Source: an uncultured Alphaproteobacteria bacterium (GTDB taxonomy: Bacteria; Pseudomonadota; Alphaproteobacteria; Rhodobacterales; Rhodobacteraceae). Taken from it: a stretch of 64,000 bases of DNA. Under the pieces are notes generated by a model. It was not told the origin of the DNA. It did not search any database and saw only the letters and a program-made list of their open reading frames with translations. Shown piece after piece: positions 18,096 through 27,991 of this stretch (positions within the stretch are counted from its first letter, which is position 1; each line of letters starts with the position of its first letter). The stretch is taken from positions 30,307 to 94,306 of the forward strand of contig CAWGHN010000006.1 of the NCBI GenBank assembly GCA_963822435.1, written 5' to 3'. The position numbers and the translations under genes were made by a program.

Positions 18096-19190
18096 CTATC
18101 GGATGCCGGCCCGTTTCAGGCGCGGCAGCACTTCCTCGGCGAAATAGGGGAACTCCCTCAGATAATCCACAAAAGACAGCGTGGTCCCGGCAAATCCTGT
18201 CTCGTGCAGGGAAATGATGCCGGCGGCGACCTGATCCGGCGTGCCGATCAGGGGAAAACCGCCGTGGCCGAGCGCGAAGCCGTAGCGGATCTGTGTCAGG
18301 AGATCGTGGGGGAACGACAGCGCATGGGCGAGTTGCAGGCGGATCAGGTTGTCCGTCGCCTCCCAATCGGCGTTCTCATCCACGATGTAATGGACGTAGT
18401 CGCGCGCCTCTCGTTCAGTCGGGCGGCAGACGACATGGGCGAAGGTGAGAACGCCGACCTTGCGGTTCTTGGCGGCGGCTTGAGCCTTTAGTGCGGCGAT
18501 CTCGTCCTTGGAGCGGGCGAGGTCGATGGCGGGGGTGAAGAGGTAATTGGCGTTGTCGGTGGCAAACTCGCGCCCCTGCGGGCTGCCGGCGGCGTTGATG
18601 ATGGGGACCGAGCCGTTGACAGGGGCGGGGTCGCCCTTCAAGCCGCGGATGTTGCGGAAATACGTTTCGTCCCAATCGAAATGGGTGTCGGAGGCCCAGA
18701 TCTTGCGGACGAGATCGAACCATTCCTGCGCGTAGCCGTAGCGGGTTTCGTGGTCGTTCGGCAGATCGAGGCCGAGCGCCTGATATTCCGGCTGGTTCCA
18801 GCCTGCGACGATGTTGAGCCCGGCGCGGCCGTGGCTGATCTGGTCGATGGTGGCGATCTGCTTGGCGACGACAACGGGGTGATTGGCGGCGCAGTGGATG
18901 GTGGCGAAGACCGAGATGTTTTGCGTGGAGGCGAGGAGGCCTGCGGCCCAAGTCATCGTCTCCAGCACGCCGCCGTGAAAATCGGTGGGGCCGCCGTAGC
19001 CGATCCAGCGCGCGATCGGCAGCATGAAGTCGATGCCTGCGGCGTCGAGGAGTTTCGCCAGCGCAAGGTTGTTGTCCCACGAATTGACCCAGCGCTCGGG
19101 GGCCTGCGTGGGTGTCATGCCGGAGGAGCAGTTGGTCGAGAAGGTGCCCAAGCGAAAGTGGTCGCCTGATGCCATCAGGTTCTGTGTCAT
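18096..19190 (-). CDS. LLM-class (luciferase-like) flavin-dependent monooxygenase
   Basis: 364 aa with a luciferase-like sequence (ISHGRAGLNIVAGWNQPEYQALG). Lies 9 nt upstream of the flavin reductase gene. Confidence 0.85.
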   Translation of the reverse strand: MTQNLMASGDHFRLGTFSTNCSSGMTPTQAPERWVNSWDNNLALAKLLDAAGIDFMLPIARWIGYGGPTDFHGGVLETMTWAAGLLASTQNISVFATIHCAANHPVVVAKQIATIDQISHGRAGLNIVAGWNQPEYQALGLDLPNDHETRYGYAQEWFDLVRKIWASDTHFDWDETYFRNIRGLKGDPAPVNGSVPIINAAGSPQGREFATDNANYLFTPAIDLARSKDEIAALKAQAAAKNRKVGVLTFAHVVCRPTEREARDYVHYIVDENADWEATDNLIRLQLAHALSFPHDLLTQIRYGFALGHGGFPLIGTPDQVAAGIISLHETGFAGTTLSFVDYLREFPYFAEEVLPRLKRAGIR

Positions 19191-19307
19191 GCTGATTTCC
19201 CTGTTATGTGGATTATTGGAAGTATTTTATGTTTGAAAGTCTATCGTAAATTCCAATTGCGTCAACGGTGTTGAAGGGGCAGTTTTGGCGCTGATCTTGG
19301 GGGCCGC

Positions 19308-19832
19308 ATGGAACGGGACGAAAAGCTGGATTACCGCTGGCATCTGGCGCAAAGCGCGGTCGAGGTGGACACGACGGAGCTGGAGTTCGCGCTGATGCGG
19401 ACCTTCGAGGGCTTTGGCCGCTGGCAGTCGGAATGTCTGGCAAGCGTGTGCGATCTGGCGGCGACGGGGCCGGAAAACGCGCTGCTGCACATCATCCGGA
19501 TGAACGAGCGGCCAAAGAGCATCAAGGATCTGGCGCGGTTGATGAACCGGGACGATGTGCCGAACATCCAGTATTCGCTGCGCAAGCTGATCGGTGCCGG
19601 GCTGGTTGTGCGGCAGGGCGCGGGGCGGTCGGGCGTGACCTATGAGGTGACGGAAGACGGCCGGCGGGTGACCGATGATTACGGCGCCTTGCGGCGGCGG
19701 TTGCTGATCGCCGCGATTGCCGGGGTGCCGGGGTTCTCCGACCGGCTGGCGGAGGCGACGAAGGCGTTGAACCTGTTGTCGGGGATCTATGAGGAGATCG
19801 CGCGGGTCGCGGCGACGCATCGGCGGGGGTGA
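19308..19832 (+). CDS. Winged-helix (MarR-like) DNA-binding protein
   Basis: NALLHIIRMNERPKSIKDLARLMNRDDVPNIQYSLRKLIGAGLVVRQ resembles a wHTH. Divergent from the LLM gene. Confidence 0.7.
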   Translation: MERDEKLDYRWHLAQSAVEVDTTELEFALMRTFEGFGRWQSECLASVCDLAATGPENALLHIIRMNERPKSIKDLARLMNRDDVPNIQYSLRKLIGAGLVVRQGAGRSGVTYEVTEDGRRVTDDYGALRRRLLIAAIAGVPGFSDRLAEATKALNLLSGIYEEIARVAATHRRG

Positions 19833-19878
19833 CTCTGCCGGTGGGGGACACCGAAGCAGCGGGGGCCAGCCCCCCAGT

Positions 19879-19901
19879 CCATTGGTTGCTAGAACCAATG
19901 G
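19879..19901. other. Perfect 9-bp inverted repeat CCATTGGTT-GCTAG-AACCAATGG
   Basis: Read directly. Preceded by GGGGGCCAGCCCCC (19861-19874). Lies between two convergent gene ends. Confidence 0.5.
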
Positions 19902-19916
19902 CGCAACCAACGGACT

Positions 19917-19943
19917 ACCCCGGGATATTTCAGGACAGATGAA
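19917..19943 (+). repeat. 27-nt intergenic repeat ACCCCGGGATATTTCAGGACAGATGAA (copy A)
   Basis: 25/27 identical to 29248-29274. Confidence 0.8.
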
Positions 19944-19946
19944 TGG

Positions 19947-21068
19947 TCAGCCGAGAAGGGCGGCCAGTGAGATGTGCAGGCGTTCGACGCCGGATTCCGT
20001 GGTGAGCGTGCCGGGGGAGAGGCGGAGGGTCTGGCTGCGCGCGTCCGCCGTGATGGATTGGGCGCGCAGCGCGGCCACGATTTGCGGCGCGGGGTGGGTG
20101 TCGGGGAGGCGGAGCATGATGGAACCGCCGCGCTGCGCCTCGGGCCGGGGGGTGAGGAGGGGGAGGTTGAGGGCGTCGGCCATGTCGATCAGGAGCGCGG
20201 TAAGGTGGCGGTTGTGGGCGAGGATGGCGGCGTGGTCCTGGGCGGCGTGCCAGTCGAGTGCGGGGAGCGAGGCGAGGGCGGCCATGCAGCCGGGGGTGCC
20301 TGACTCGAAGCGGCGGATGTCTGGCGCGTAGCTGAAGCGGGTGATGTCCCAGTTGAAGGGGTTGGGTTGGGAGAACCAGCCGCGGAGTTGCGGGTGACAA
20401 TGCGGGATGAGGCGGGGGGAGAGGTAGAGGATGCCCGCGCCGGGGGTGCCGCACATCCATTTCAGCGAGGTGGAGATGGCGAAATCAACCTCGGGGGCGT
20501 GCACGTCGAACGGGAGGAGGCCGGCGGCTTGGGTGATGTCGACGCCGATGAGGCTGCCCATGCGGCGGCCGTGGGCGACCATTTGCGGCAGGTTGATGCG
20601 GTGGGAGGAGGTGGAGGACACCCAGGTGAGGAGGGCGAGGCCGACGTCTGGCGTCCAGGCGTCGAGGAAGTCTTCGTCCTCGACGTAAGCGGCCCCCTGG
20701 CGGAGTGGGACGGTCTTGAGGGTGAAGCCGTAGGCGGTTGCCATGCCGTTCAGGAGGAAATGGTTCGACGGAAAGCAGTCAGCGGCGGCGAGGACGGTGC
20801 GGCCTTTGAGGTGGCCTTCGGGGAGGGACTGGACGAGCGAGTGGAAGGCCTGGGTGACGGATTCGAAGGTGGTCACCGTGTCGGGGGCGGCGTTCAGGAT
20901 CGCACGCCAGCGGTCGATGAAACGCTGACGGAGCGGCAGGACGGTGGCCCATTGCGCATCGTCGGGCGTGCCCCATGTGACGGCGAAATCGGCCATAGCG
21001 GCGGCGATGTCGCGGGCCTTGCCGGGATACATGCCGATCGAGTGGTAAAGGAAATAGGCGTCGGACAT
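19947..21068 (-). CDS. Class V aminotransferase-fold PLP enzyme, kynureninase-like
   Basis: 373 aa. STSLKWMCGTPGAG resembles the kynureninase PLP-lysine block (S-x-x-K-[YW]-[LM]-x-G-x-PG). Exact activity not assignable. Confidence 0.65.
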   Translation of the reverse strand: MSDAYFLYHSIGMYPGKARDIAAAMADFAVTWGTPDDAQWATVLPLRQRFIDRWRAILNAAPDTVTTFESVTQAFHSLVQSLPEGHLKGRTVLAAADCFPSNHFLLNGMATAYGFTLKTVPLRQGAAYVEDEDFLDAWTPDVGLALLTWVSSTSSHRINLPQMVAHGRRMGSLIGVDITQAAGLLPFDVHAPEVDFAISTSLKWMCGTPGAGILYLSPRLIPHCHPQLRGWFSQPNPFNWDITRFSYAPDIRRFESGTPGCMAALASLPALDWHAAQDHAAILAHNRHLTALLIDMADALNLPLLTPRPEAQRGGSIMLRLPDTHPAPQIVAALRAQSITADARSQTLRLSPGTLTTESGVERLHISLAALLG

Positions 21069-21146
21069 TTGGGTTCCTAAGGGGCGAGCGTTTCAATGTC
21101 GCGTGATTGACGCGGAAAACCGGTTCTCACTTTTCCGCATCACGCA

Positions 21147-21866
21147 TTAGCGCATCAGCACGCCGCCGTTGATATCTTGGGTGGTGCCGGTGATGAAGGC
21201 GGCGTCGTCGGAGGCGAGGAAAGCGGCGAGCGCGCCGACCTCCTCCGCCTGGCCGATGCGGCCGAGGGGGATCTGGCCGACGACGAGGGCGACCTTCTCG
21301 GGCGGGGCGAGGGCGGTCTGTTCGGTGAGGATGGTGCCGGGAGCGATGGTGTTGACGGTGATGCCGTGTGGCGCGAGGCCGTGGGCGAGGTAGCGGGTGA
21401 GGCCGATGATCCCGGCCTTGGAGGCGGCGTAATGCGCGCCTTGCACCTGCGGGCCGCCGCGTTGGCCGGCGATGGAGGCGAGGTTCAGGATGCGGCCCCA
21501 TTTGGCGGCGGTCATCGAGGGCGCGAAGGTTTGTGTGGCGAAAAGGATGGAACGGAGGTTGGTGGCAAGGACGTCATCCCATTCTTCGGCCGTGATCTCG
21601 TAAAGGTCGCGGGCCTGGGTGCGGGCGGCGTTGTTCACGAGGATGTCGACCGGGCCGATGGTGGCCAGCGCCCCGGCGAAGCCGTCCTTGCGGCGGACAT
21701 CGAGGGGGATGGCGCGGGCGCCGGGGAGGGTGGCGGCGGCGGCCTCGGCCTTTTCCAGGTTGATATCAGCCATGGTGACGGAGTGGCCTGCGGCGTGGAG
21801 CGCGCGGGCGATGGCGAGGCCGAGGCCTTGGGCGGCACCGGTGACGAGGGCGGTTCTAGACGGCAT
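21147..21866 (-). CDS. SDR-family oxidoreductase (FabG-like)
   Basis: Start at MPSRTALVTGAAQGLGLAIARAL (ATG 21866, 11-nt overlap with the thiolase stop). YAASKAG catalytic motif. Confidence 0.85.
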   Translation of the reverse strand: MPSRTALVTGAAQGLGLAIARALHAAGHSVTMADINLEKAEAAAATLPGARAIPLDVRRKDGFAGALATIGPVDILVNNAARTQARDLYEITAEEWDDVLATNLRSILFATQTFAPSMTAAKWGRILNLASIAGQRGGPQVQGAHYAASKAGIIGLTRYLAHGLAPHGITVNTIAPGTILTEQTALAPPEKVALVVGQIPLGRIGQAEEVGALAAFLASDDAAFITGTTQDINGGVLMR

Positions 21867-23016
21867 GGAGCACCATTGCGACGCCCTGACCGACGCCGAC
21901 GCAGAGGGTGGCGAGGGCCGATTGGCCGCCTGTCGTAAGGCGGCGGGCGGCGGTGGCGGCGAGGCGGGTGCCGGACATGCCGAGAGGGTGGCCCATGGCG
22001 ATGGCACCGCTGAGGGCGTTGACGCGGGGATCGTCGTCGGCAAGGCCCCAGGCCCGGGTGCAGGCGAGGACCTGGGCGGCGAAGGCTTCGTTCAGTTCGA
22101 TGTGGTCGAAATCACTTGCCGACAGCCCCAGTTTGGCGAGGGCTGCGACGGGGCCGATGCCCATCGTGCGCGGCGCAACGCCTGCTGAGGCGGCGCGGCC
22201 GATGCGGGCGAGGGGGGATAGATTGTGGCGCTTTACGCCATCGGCTGAGGCGAGGATGAGGGCGGCGGCGGCGTCGTTGATGCCGGCGGCGTTGCCTGCG
22301 GTGACGGTGCCGCCCGCGCGGAACGGGGCAGGGAGTTTCGCCAGCACCTCAAGGCTGGTGGCGCGGGGGTGTTCGTCGAGGCTGACGATCGTGTCGCCTT
22401 TGCGCGCCGGGATGGTGACGGGCAGGATATCGGCGGCGTGCCACGCGGCGTCGTAGCGCGACTGGGAGCGGAGCGCGTAGGCGTCCTGATCGGCGCGGGA
22501 GATGTGGTGGTCGGCGGCGAGGTTTTCGGCGGTTTCGGGCATGGAGTCGGTGCCGTAGGCTGCGGCAATGCGCTTGTTGATGAAGCGCCAGCCGAGGGTG
22601 GTGTCGTGAATCTCGGGCGCACGGGCGAAGGCGGTGTCGGCCTTGGCCATGACGAAGGGGGCGCGGGACATGGATTCCACGCCGCCCGCTATGATGACGT
22701 CAGCGCCGTCGCGGATGGCGCGGGCGCCCGCGATCACGGCGTCGAGGCCGGAGGCGCAGAGGCGGTTCACGGTGAGGGCGGGGACGGTTTCGGGCAGGCG
22801 CGACAGGAGGACGGCCATGCGGACAACGTTTCGGTTGTCTTCGCCGGACTGGTTGGCGCAGCCGAAGATCACCTCGTCAGGGACAAGGCCGGGGTGGAGG
22901 TCGAGAAGGCCGTCGATGACATGGGCGGCCATGTCGTCGGGGCGAACGTGGGCGAGGGCACCTGCGTAGCGACCGATGGGCGTGCGACGGTGAGCGCAAA
23001 GGAAAACCTCGGTCAT
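21856..23016 (-). CDS. Thiolase (acetyl-CoA C-acyltransferase)
   Basis: Start MTEVFLCAHRRTPIGRY (ATGA overlap at 23013-23016). Active-site NRLCASGLDAV. C-terminal CVGVGQGVA. Confidence 0.9.
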   Translation of the reverse strand: MTEVFLCAHRRTPIGRYAGALAHVRPDDMAAHVIDGLLDLHPGLVPDEVIFGCANQSGEDNRNVVRMAVLLSRLPETVPALTVNRLCASGLDAVIAGARAIRDGADVIIAGGVESMSRAPFVMAKADTAFARAPEIHDTTLGWRFINKRIAAAYGTDSMPETAENLAADHHISRADQDAYALRSQSRYDAAWHAADILPVTIPARKGDTIVSLDEHPRATSLEVLAKLPAPFRAGGTVTAGNAAGINDAAAALILASADGVKRHNLSPLARIGRAASAGVAPRTMGIGPVAALAKLGLSASDFDHIELNEAFAAQVLACTRAWGLADDDPRVNALSGAIAMGHPLGMSGTRLAATAARRLTTGGQSALATLCVGVGQGVAMVLHAV

Positions 23017-24125
23017 GCGTGCTCCAGATACGGGGCGGGGAGGTAGCGGCCTTTGAGGGCGGTGCGGGATTCGAGGGCAGCGAGTTTGGCGCGGATTTTC
23101 TGCGGGCCGTGGAGCTTCATCATCTCGAACGGGCCGCGCGGGAAGTTGAGGCCAAGCTTCATCGCGGTGTCGATGCCTTCGGGCGTGGTGCCGCCTTCGG
23201 AGAGGAGCCACGCAGCCTCGTTGACCAAGGTGGCCTCGATGCGCAGCGCGATGGCGGCGGCGTCGTGGGGGGCGGGGCCGGGGTCGTTGGGGAAGAGGAA
23301 ACCCTCGCCCGTTTTGCGGCCAAGGCGGCCAAGTTCGACCTGTTGGCGCAAGGGGAGGAAGGGGTGGTAGCGCGGGTGATGCCCCATCGCGGCATGGAGG
23401 CCCTCGGTTGCGGCGAGGTTGATGTCGGCACCGATGAGGTCAATGAGCTGGAACGGGCCGAGGCGGTAACCGGCGGCGAGCATGGCGGCGTCGATATCCG
23501 AGGCGGTGCGGCCTTCGTCGAGCATCGCCAGCGCCTCGCCGTAATAGGGGCGGGCGCAGCGGTTGACGATGAAACCGGGGCGGTCGGGGGCGTCGATCAC
23601 GGTTTTTCCGGCGGCTTCGGTGATTTTCCGGGCGCGGGCGAGGGCTGTGGGGGAGGTGCTGGTGTGGGGGATCAGCTCGACCAGCTTCATCACCGGGGCG
23701 GGGTTGAAGAAGTGGAGGCCGAGGCAGCGGTCGGGGAGTTTTAGGCCGGCTGCGATGGAGGCGACGGAGAGCGAGGAGGTGTTGGTGGCGAGGATCGCGT
23801 CGGGGGTGAGGAGGGTTTCGAGGTCGCGGAAGAGGGACTGTTTGGCGTCGAGCCGTTCGACGATGGCTTCGATGGCGAGGGTGGCGGGGGCGAGGGTGGC
23901 GATGTCGCGGGTGATGGTGAGGTTGGCGAGGATCGCGTCGCGGGCGGCGGGCGTCAGTTTGCCCGAGGCGACGCGGGGGGCGAGGCTTTCGGTCAGCCGG
24001 GCGAGCGCGGTGTCGCGGGTGGGGGCGTGGGCGTCGGTGGCGATGACGGGGAAACCGGCGGCGGCGTAGACTTGGGCAAGGCCGAGGCCCATCGTGCCAA
24101 GGCCGATGATCGCGATGGTGGTCAT
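23013..24125 (-). CDS. 3-hydroxyacyl-CoA dehydrogenase (NAD-binding)
   Basis: [24 protein letters not shown] Rossmann motif. HFFNPAPVMKLVE block. Confidence 0.9.
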   Translation of the reverse strand: MTTIAIIGLGTMGLGLAQVYAAAGFPVIATDAHAPTRDTALARLTESLAPRVASGKLTPAARDAILANLTITRDIATLAPATLAIEAIVERLDAKQSLFRDLETLLTPDAILATNTSSLSVASIAAGLKLPDRCLGLHFFNPAPVMKLVELIPHTSTSPTALARARKITEAAGKTVIDAPDRPGFIVNRCARPYYGEALAMLDEGRTASDIDAAMLAAGYRLGPFQLIDLIGADINLAATEGLHAAMGHHPRYHPFLPLRQQVELGRLGRKTGEGFLFPNDPGPAPHDAAAIALRIEATLVNEAAWLLSEGGTTPEGIDTAMKLGLNFPRGPFEMMKLHGPQKIRAKLAALESRTALKGRYLPAPYLEHA

Positions 24126-24877
24126 CGCCCGCTGAACCCCGGCCGACGCTTGGCGCGGAAGGCGGCGATGCCTTCGGCCTTGTCGGCGGTATCGAGCAGG
24201 GCTTCGAACCCGGCGCGTTCGGTGGCGAAGGCGAGGGAGGATTCAGCGCCTTCGACAAGGGCGCGTTTGGCGGCGGCGAGGGCCAAGGGCGCGCGCTGGG
24301 CGATGCGGTCGGCGAGGGCAGCGGCTGTCGGAAAGGCGGGGCCGTCGGCGACGTGGCTGGCGATGCCCCATTCATAGGCGGTGGCGGCGTCGATGATTTC
24401 GCCGGTCAGGACGAGGCGTGTGGCGCGCATCCGGCCTGCCAGCGACAGGAGCCGCTGGCCACCACCCGCGCCTGGGATCAGGCCGAGGCTGGTTTCGGGC
24501 AACCCAAGCTGCGCGGTGGAGCCGAGGACGATGAGATCCGCCATCAAGGCCAGTTCGAACCCGCCGCCAAGCGCATAGCCTTCGACGGCGGCGATCAGGG
24601 GTTTGGGGAACGCGCGGATCGCGGCCCAGTGATCTTTTCGGGGGTCTGTTGCCGCCTGAGCAGCGGTCTTGTGTTCGATCTCGGCAATATCGGCGCCGGC
24701 GGCGAAGTTGCCTTCGGCCCCGGTCAGCACCACCGCGCGGCATGAGTCGGTGTGGGCAAGGCTGCCCAGCGTCTGCGCGATATGCGCAAGTAGCGCTGTA
24801 TTCAGCGCATTGCGCGCCTCGGGGCGGTTGAGGGTGAGCCGCACCCAGCCGGATCGTTGTTCGATGAGCAGGTCCAT
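24122..24877 (-). CDS. Enoyl-CoA hydratase/isomerase family protein
   Basis: Crotonase-fold blocks [16 protein letters not shown] and [20 protein letters not shown] overlap with the downstream gene. Confidence 0.9.
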   Translation of the reverse strand: MDLLIEQRSGWVRLTLNRPEARNALNTALLAHIAQTLGSLAHTDSCRAVVLTGAEGNFAAGADIAEIEHKTAAQAATDPRKDHWAAIRAFPKPLIAAVEGYALGGGFELALMADLIVLGSTAQLGLPETSLGLIPGAGGGQRLLSLAGRMRATRLVLTGEIIDAATAYEWGIASHVADGPAFPTAAALADRIAQRAPLALAAAKRALVEGAESSLAFATERAGFEALLDTADKAEGIAAFRAKRRPGFSGR

Positions 24878-24903
24878 GCGGGCATCATGCGATGCTGGGC
24901 GGG

Positions 24904-24935
24904 AATTTCAAGGGAGAAATTTCAAGCTTGAAATT
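24904..24935. promoter_or_regulatory. Candidate operator: half-site AATTTCAAG plus 18-bp perfect palindrome AATTTCAAGCTTGAAATT
   Basis: Half-site at 24904-24912 and palindrome at 24918-24935, within the 101-nt divergent region between starts 24877 (-) and 24979 (+). Confidence 0.5.
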
Positions 24936-24978
24936 GTTTTGGTCCGGTGGCACGGTTGACCCAATGCAGGAGCGAACG

Positions 24979-27264
24979 ATGAACATTCTCTGCCTCGGCG
25001 GCGGGCCGGCCGGACTTTACTTTGCCATCTCGATGAAGCTGCGCGATCCGTCGCACCGGGTGACGGTGCTGGAGCGGAACCGGGCGAACGACACGTTCGG
25101 CTGGGGGGTGGTGCTGTCGGACGACGCGCTGGGCAAGATGGAGAAGAACGATCCGGTCAGCACGGCGGCGATCCGCAGCAATTTTGCGTATTGGGACGAT
25201 ATCGCGGTTGTTCACAACGGGGTGCGGACGGTGTCGGGCGGGCACGGGTTTGCCGGGATCGGGCGCAAGACTCTGCTGATCCTTTTGCAGGCGCGGGCGC
25301 GGGAGTTGGGCGTCGATCTGCGGTTCGAGACGGAGTTCAGGACGGCCGAGGAATACCGGAAGGAATACGATCTGGTGGTGGCGACGGACGGCCTGAATTC
25401 CGTGGTGCGGCGGGAATACGAGAGCGTGTTCCAGCCCGATATCGACACGCGGAAGTGCAAGTTCGTCTGGCTGGGCACGCACGCCAAGTTTGACGATGCG
25501 TTCACGTTCATTTTTGAAAAGACCGCGCATGGCTGGGTCTGGGCGCATGTCTACCAGTTCGACAAGGACACCGCGACGTTCATCGTGGAATGCCTGCCGG
25601 AAACGTGGGAGGCCTGGGGCTTTCCCGCCATGACCAAGGAGGAAACGGTCGAGACCTGCCGCAAGATATTCGCGGCGCATCTGGGCGGGCATGACCTGAT
25701 GTCGAACGCGGCGCATCTGCGCGGGTCGGCGGTCTGGATGCAGTTTCCCCGCGTGATCTGCCAGAAGTGGTATCATGAGAACGTCGTCCTGATGGGCGAT
25801 GCGGCGGCAACGGGGCACTTCTCGATCGGGTCCGGCACGCGGCTGGCGCTGGATTCAGCGATGGCACTGGCGGATTTTCTGCACAGCGAGCCGACGATGG
25901 AAGCGGCCTTCGCGCGGTATCAGGAGGAGCGGCGGGTCGAGGTCTTGCGGCTGCAATCGGCGGCGCGCAACAGCCTTGAGTGGTTCGAGGAGGTGGAGCG
26001 GTATCTGGACATGCCGCCGATCCAGTTCGCCTATTCGCTGCTGACGCGAAGCCAGCGGATCGGACATGAAAACCTGCGCCTGCGTGACCCCAAGTGGCTG
26101 GCCGAGGCGGAGGACTGGTTTCAGGACCAGGCGGGCGGAGAGCCGGGGCGCAAGCCGATGTTCGCGCCGTTCCGGCTGCGCGACATGGCGTTGAAGAACC
26201 GCGTCGTTGTCAGCCCGATGGCGCAATACAAGGCGGTCGATGGCTGCCCGACCGATTGGCATTTCGTGCATTACGCCGAACGCGCCAAGGGCGGGGCCGC
26301 GCTGGTTTACACCGAGATGACCTGTGTTTCCGCGAATGGCCGGATCACGCCCGGTTGCCCCGGCCTTTACACGCCAAAGCATGAGGCGGCGTGGAAGCGG
26401 CTGGTCGATTTCGTGCATGAGGAGACGGACGCGAAGATCTGCTGCCAGATCGGCCATGCGGGGCGCAAAGCCTCGACCAAGCTCGGTTGGGAGGAGGACA
26501 ACGCGCCTTTGGACCGGGGCAACTGGCCGGTGATGAGCGCCTCGGCCATTGCATGGTCGCCTGCCAATCAGGTGCCGAAGGAGATGGACCGCGACGACAT
26601 GGACAAGGTGTTGTTGCAGTTCGTCAAGGCGACCGAGATGGCCAAGACCTGCGGCTTTGACATGATCGAACTGCACGCGGCGCATGGGTATCTGATTTCA
26701 AGCTTTCTCAGCCCGAAATCGAACACGAGGGACGATGAGTATGGCGGCAGTCTGGAGAACCGGCTGCGCTACCCCTTGGAAGTGTTTGCAGCGATGCGGG
26801 CGGAGTGGCCAGGGTCGAAGCCCATGTCGGTGAGGATTTCCGCGACGGACTGGGTTGGCACGGACGGCGTGACGCCGGACGAGGCGGTGGAGATCGCGCA
26901 GGCTTTTGCCGCTGCCGGTGCGGATATCATCGACGTGAGTGCGGGACAGACCTCGACCGAGGCAAAGCCGATCTATGGCCGGATGTTCCAGACGCCGTTC
27001 AGCGACCGGATCCGCAACGAGGCGGGGCTGGCGACGATGGCGGTGGGCAACATCACCGAGGCCGATCAGGTGAACCAGATCTTGCTGGCGGGGCGGGCCG
27101 ATCTGGTGTGCCTTGCGCGGCCACATCTGGCGGACCCCTACTGGACGCTGCATGCGGCGATTGCGGCGGGCGATGCGGGGACGGCTTGGCCGCTGCCCTA
27201 TCTGGCGGGCCGCGATCAGGCGCGGCGGCTGGTGGCGAAGGCGGCCGAGGTGATCCGTGCTTGA
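24979..27264 (+). CDS. Fused FAD monooxygenase / old-yellow-enzyme reductase (2-aminobenzoyl-CoA monooxygenase/reductase or salicylyl-CoA 5-hydroxylase type)
   Basis: N-terminus [17 protein letters not shown] (FAD monooxygenase). The C-terminal half is OYE-like ([11 protein letters not shown].., [14 protein letters not shown]). AGGAG SD lies 7 nt upstream of ATG 24979. Confidence 0.85.
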   Translation: MNILCLGGGPAGLYFAISMKLRDPSHRVTVLERNRANDTFGWGVVLSDDALGKMEKNDPVSTAAIRSNFAYWDDIAVVHNGVRTVSGGHGFAGIGRKTLLILLQARARELGVDLRFETEFRTAEEYRKEYDLVVATDGLNSVVRREYESVFQPDIDTRKCKFVWLGTHAKFDDAFTFIFEKTAHGWVWAHVYQFDKDTATFIVECLPETWEAWGFPAMTKEETVETCRKIFAAHLGGHDLMSNAAHLRGSAVWMQFPRVICQKWYHENVVLMGDAAATGHFSIGSGTRLALDSAMALADFLHSEPTMEAAFARYQEERRVEVLRLQSAARNSLEWFEEVERYLDMPPIQFAYSLLTRSQRIGHENLRLRDPKWLAEAEDWFQDQAGGEPGRKPMFAPFRLRDMALKNRVVVSPMAQYKAVDGCPTDWHFVHYAERAKGGAALVYTEMTCVSANGRITPGCPGLYTPKHEAAWKRLVDFVHEETDAKICCQIGHAGRKASTKLGWEEDNAPLDRGNWPVMSASAIAWSPANQVPKEMDRDDMDKVLLQFVKATEMAKTCGFDMIELHAAHGYLISSFLSPKSNTRDDEYGGSLENRLRYPLEVFAAMRAEWPGSKPMSVRISATDWVGTDGVTPDEAVEIAQAFAAAGADIIDVSAGQTSTEAKPIYGRMFQTPFSDRIRNEAGLATMAVGNITEADQVNQILLAGRADLVCLARPHLADPYWTLHAAIAAGDAGTAWPLPYLAGRDQARRLVAKAAEVIRA

Positions 27265-27991
27265 GGGCCGCCGCGTCCTGATCACCGGCGGCGGATCGGG
27301 CGCCGGGGCCGACCTTGCGCGCGGCTTTGCGGCGGCGGGGGCGAAGGTGGTGATTGCGGGGCGGCGGCGCGAGGCGCTGGAGGCGGTGGCGGCGGGCATT
27401 GGTGCGCAGGTGGTGGTGGCCGATGTCACGGACGAGGCGTCGGTTGCGACGATGTTCGGCGTGGCGGGGCCGTGCGACATCGTGATCGCCAATGCGGGGG
27501 CGGCGGATTCAGCACCCTTCCTGCGCACCACGCTGGCGCAGTGGAACGCGATGCTGGCGGTGAACCTGACGGGGGTGTTTCTGACCTTGCAGGCGGGGCT
27601 GCGGCAGATGCCGGGGTGGGGGCGGCTGATCTCGGTCGCGTCAACGGCGGGGCTGAAAGGCTATGCCAAGATCGCGCCGTATGCGGCGGCGAAGCACGGT
27701 GTGGTTGGGTTGACACGGTCACTTGCGCTGGAAGTGGCGAAGGGGCCGGTGACGGTGAATGCGCTGTGTCCGGGTTTCCTCGATACGCCAATGACGGATC
27801 GGTCGGTGGCGGTGATCATGGAAAAGACCGGGAGAAGCGAGGCCGAGGCGCGCAAGGCGTTGGAGGGGATGAACCCGCAAGGGCGTCTGATCCAGCCGGC
27901 GGAAGTGACGGCGGCAGCGCTGTGGCTGTGTGGGCCAGGATCGGAGGGGATCAACGGGCAGGCGATCTCGATCGCGGGGGGCGAGGTGTGA
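27257..27991 (+). CDS. SDR-family oxidoreductase
   Basis: [18 protein letters not shown] cofactor motif and YAAAKHG catalytic motif. GTG start overlaps the previous stop. Confidence 0.85.
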   Translation: MLEGRRVLITGGGSGAGADLARGFAAAGAKVVIAGRRREALEAVAAGIGAQVVVADVTDEASVATMFGVAGPCDIVIANAGAADSAPFLRTTLAQWNAMLAVNLTGVFLTLQAGLRQMPGWGRLISVASTAGLKGYAKIAPYAAAKHGVVGLTRSLALEVAKGPVTVNALCPGFLDTPMTDRSVAVIMEKTGRSEAEARKALEGMNPQGRLIQPAEVTAAALWLCGPGSEGINGQAISIAGGEV

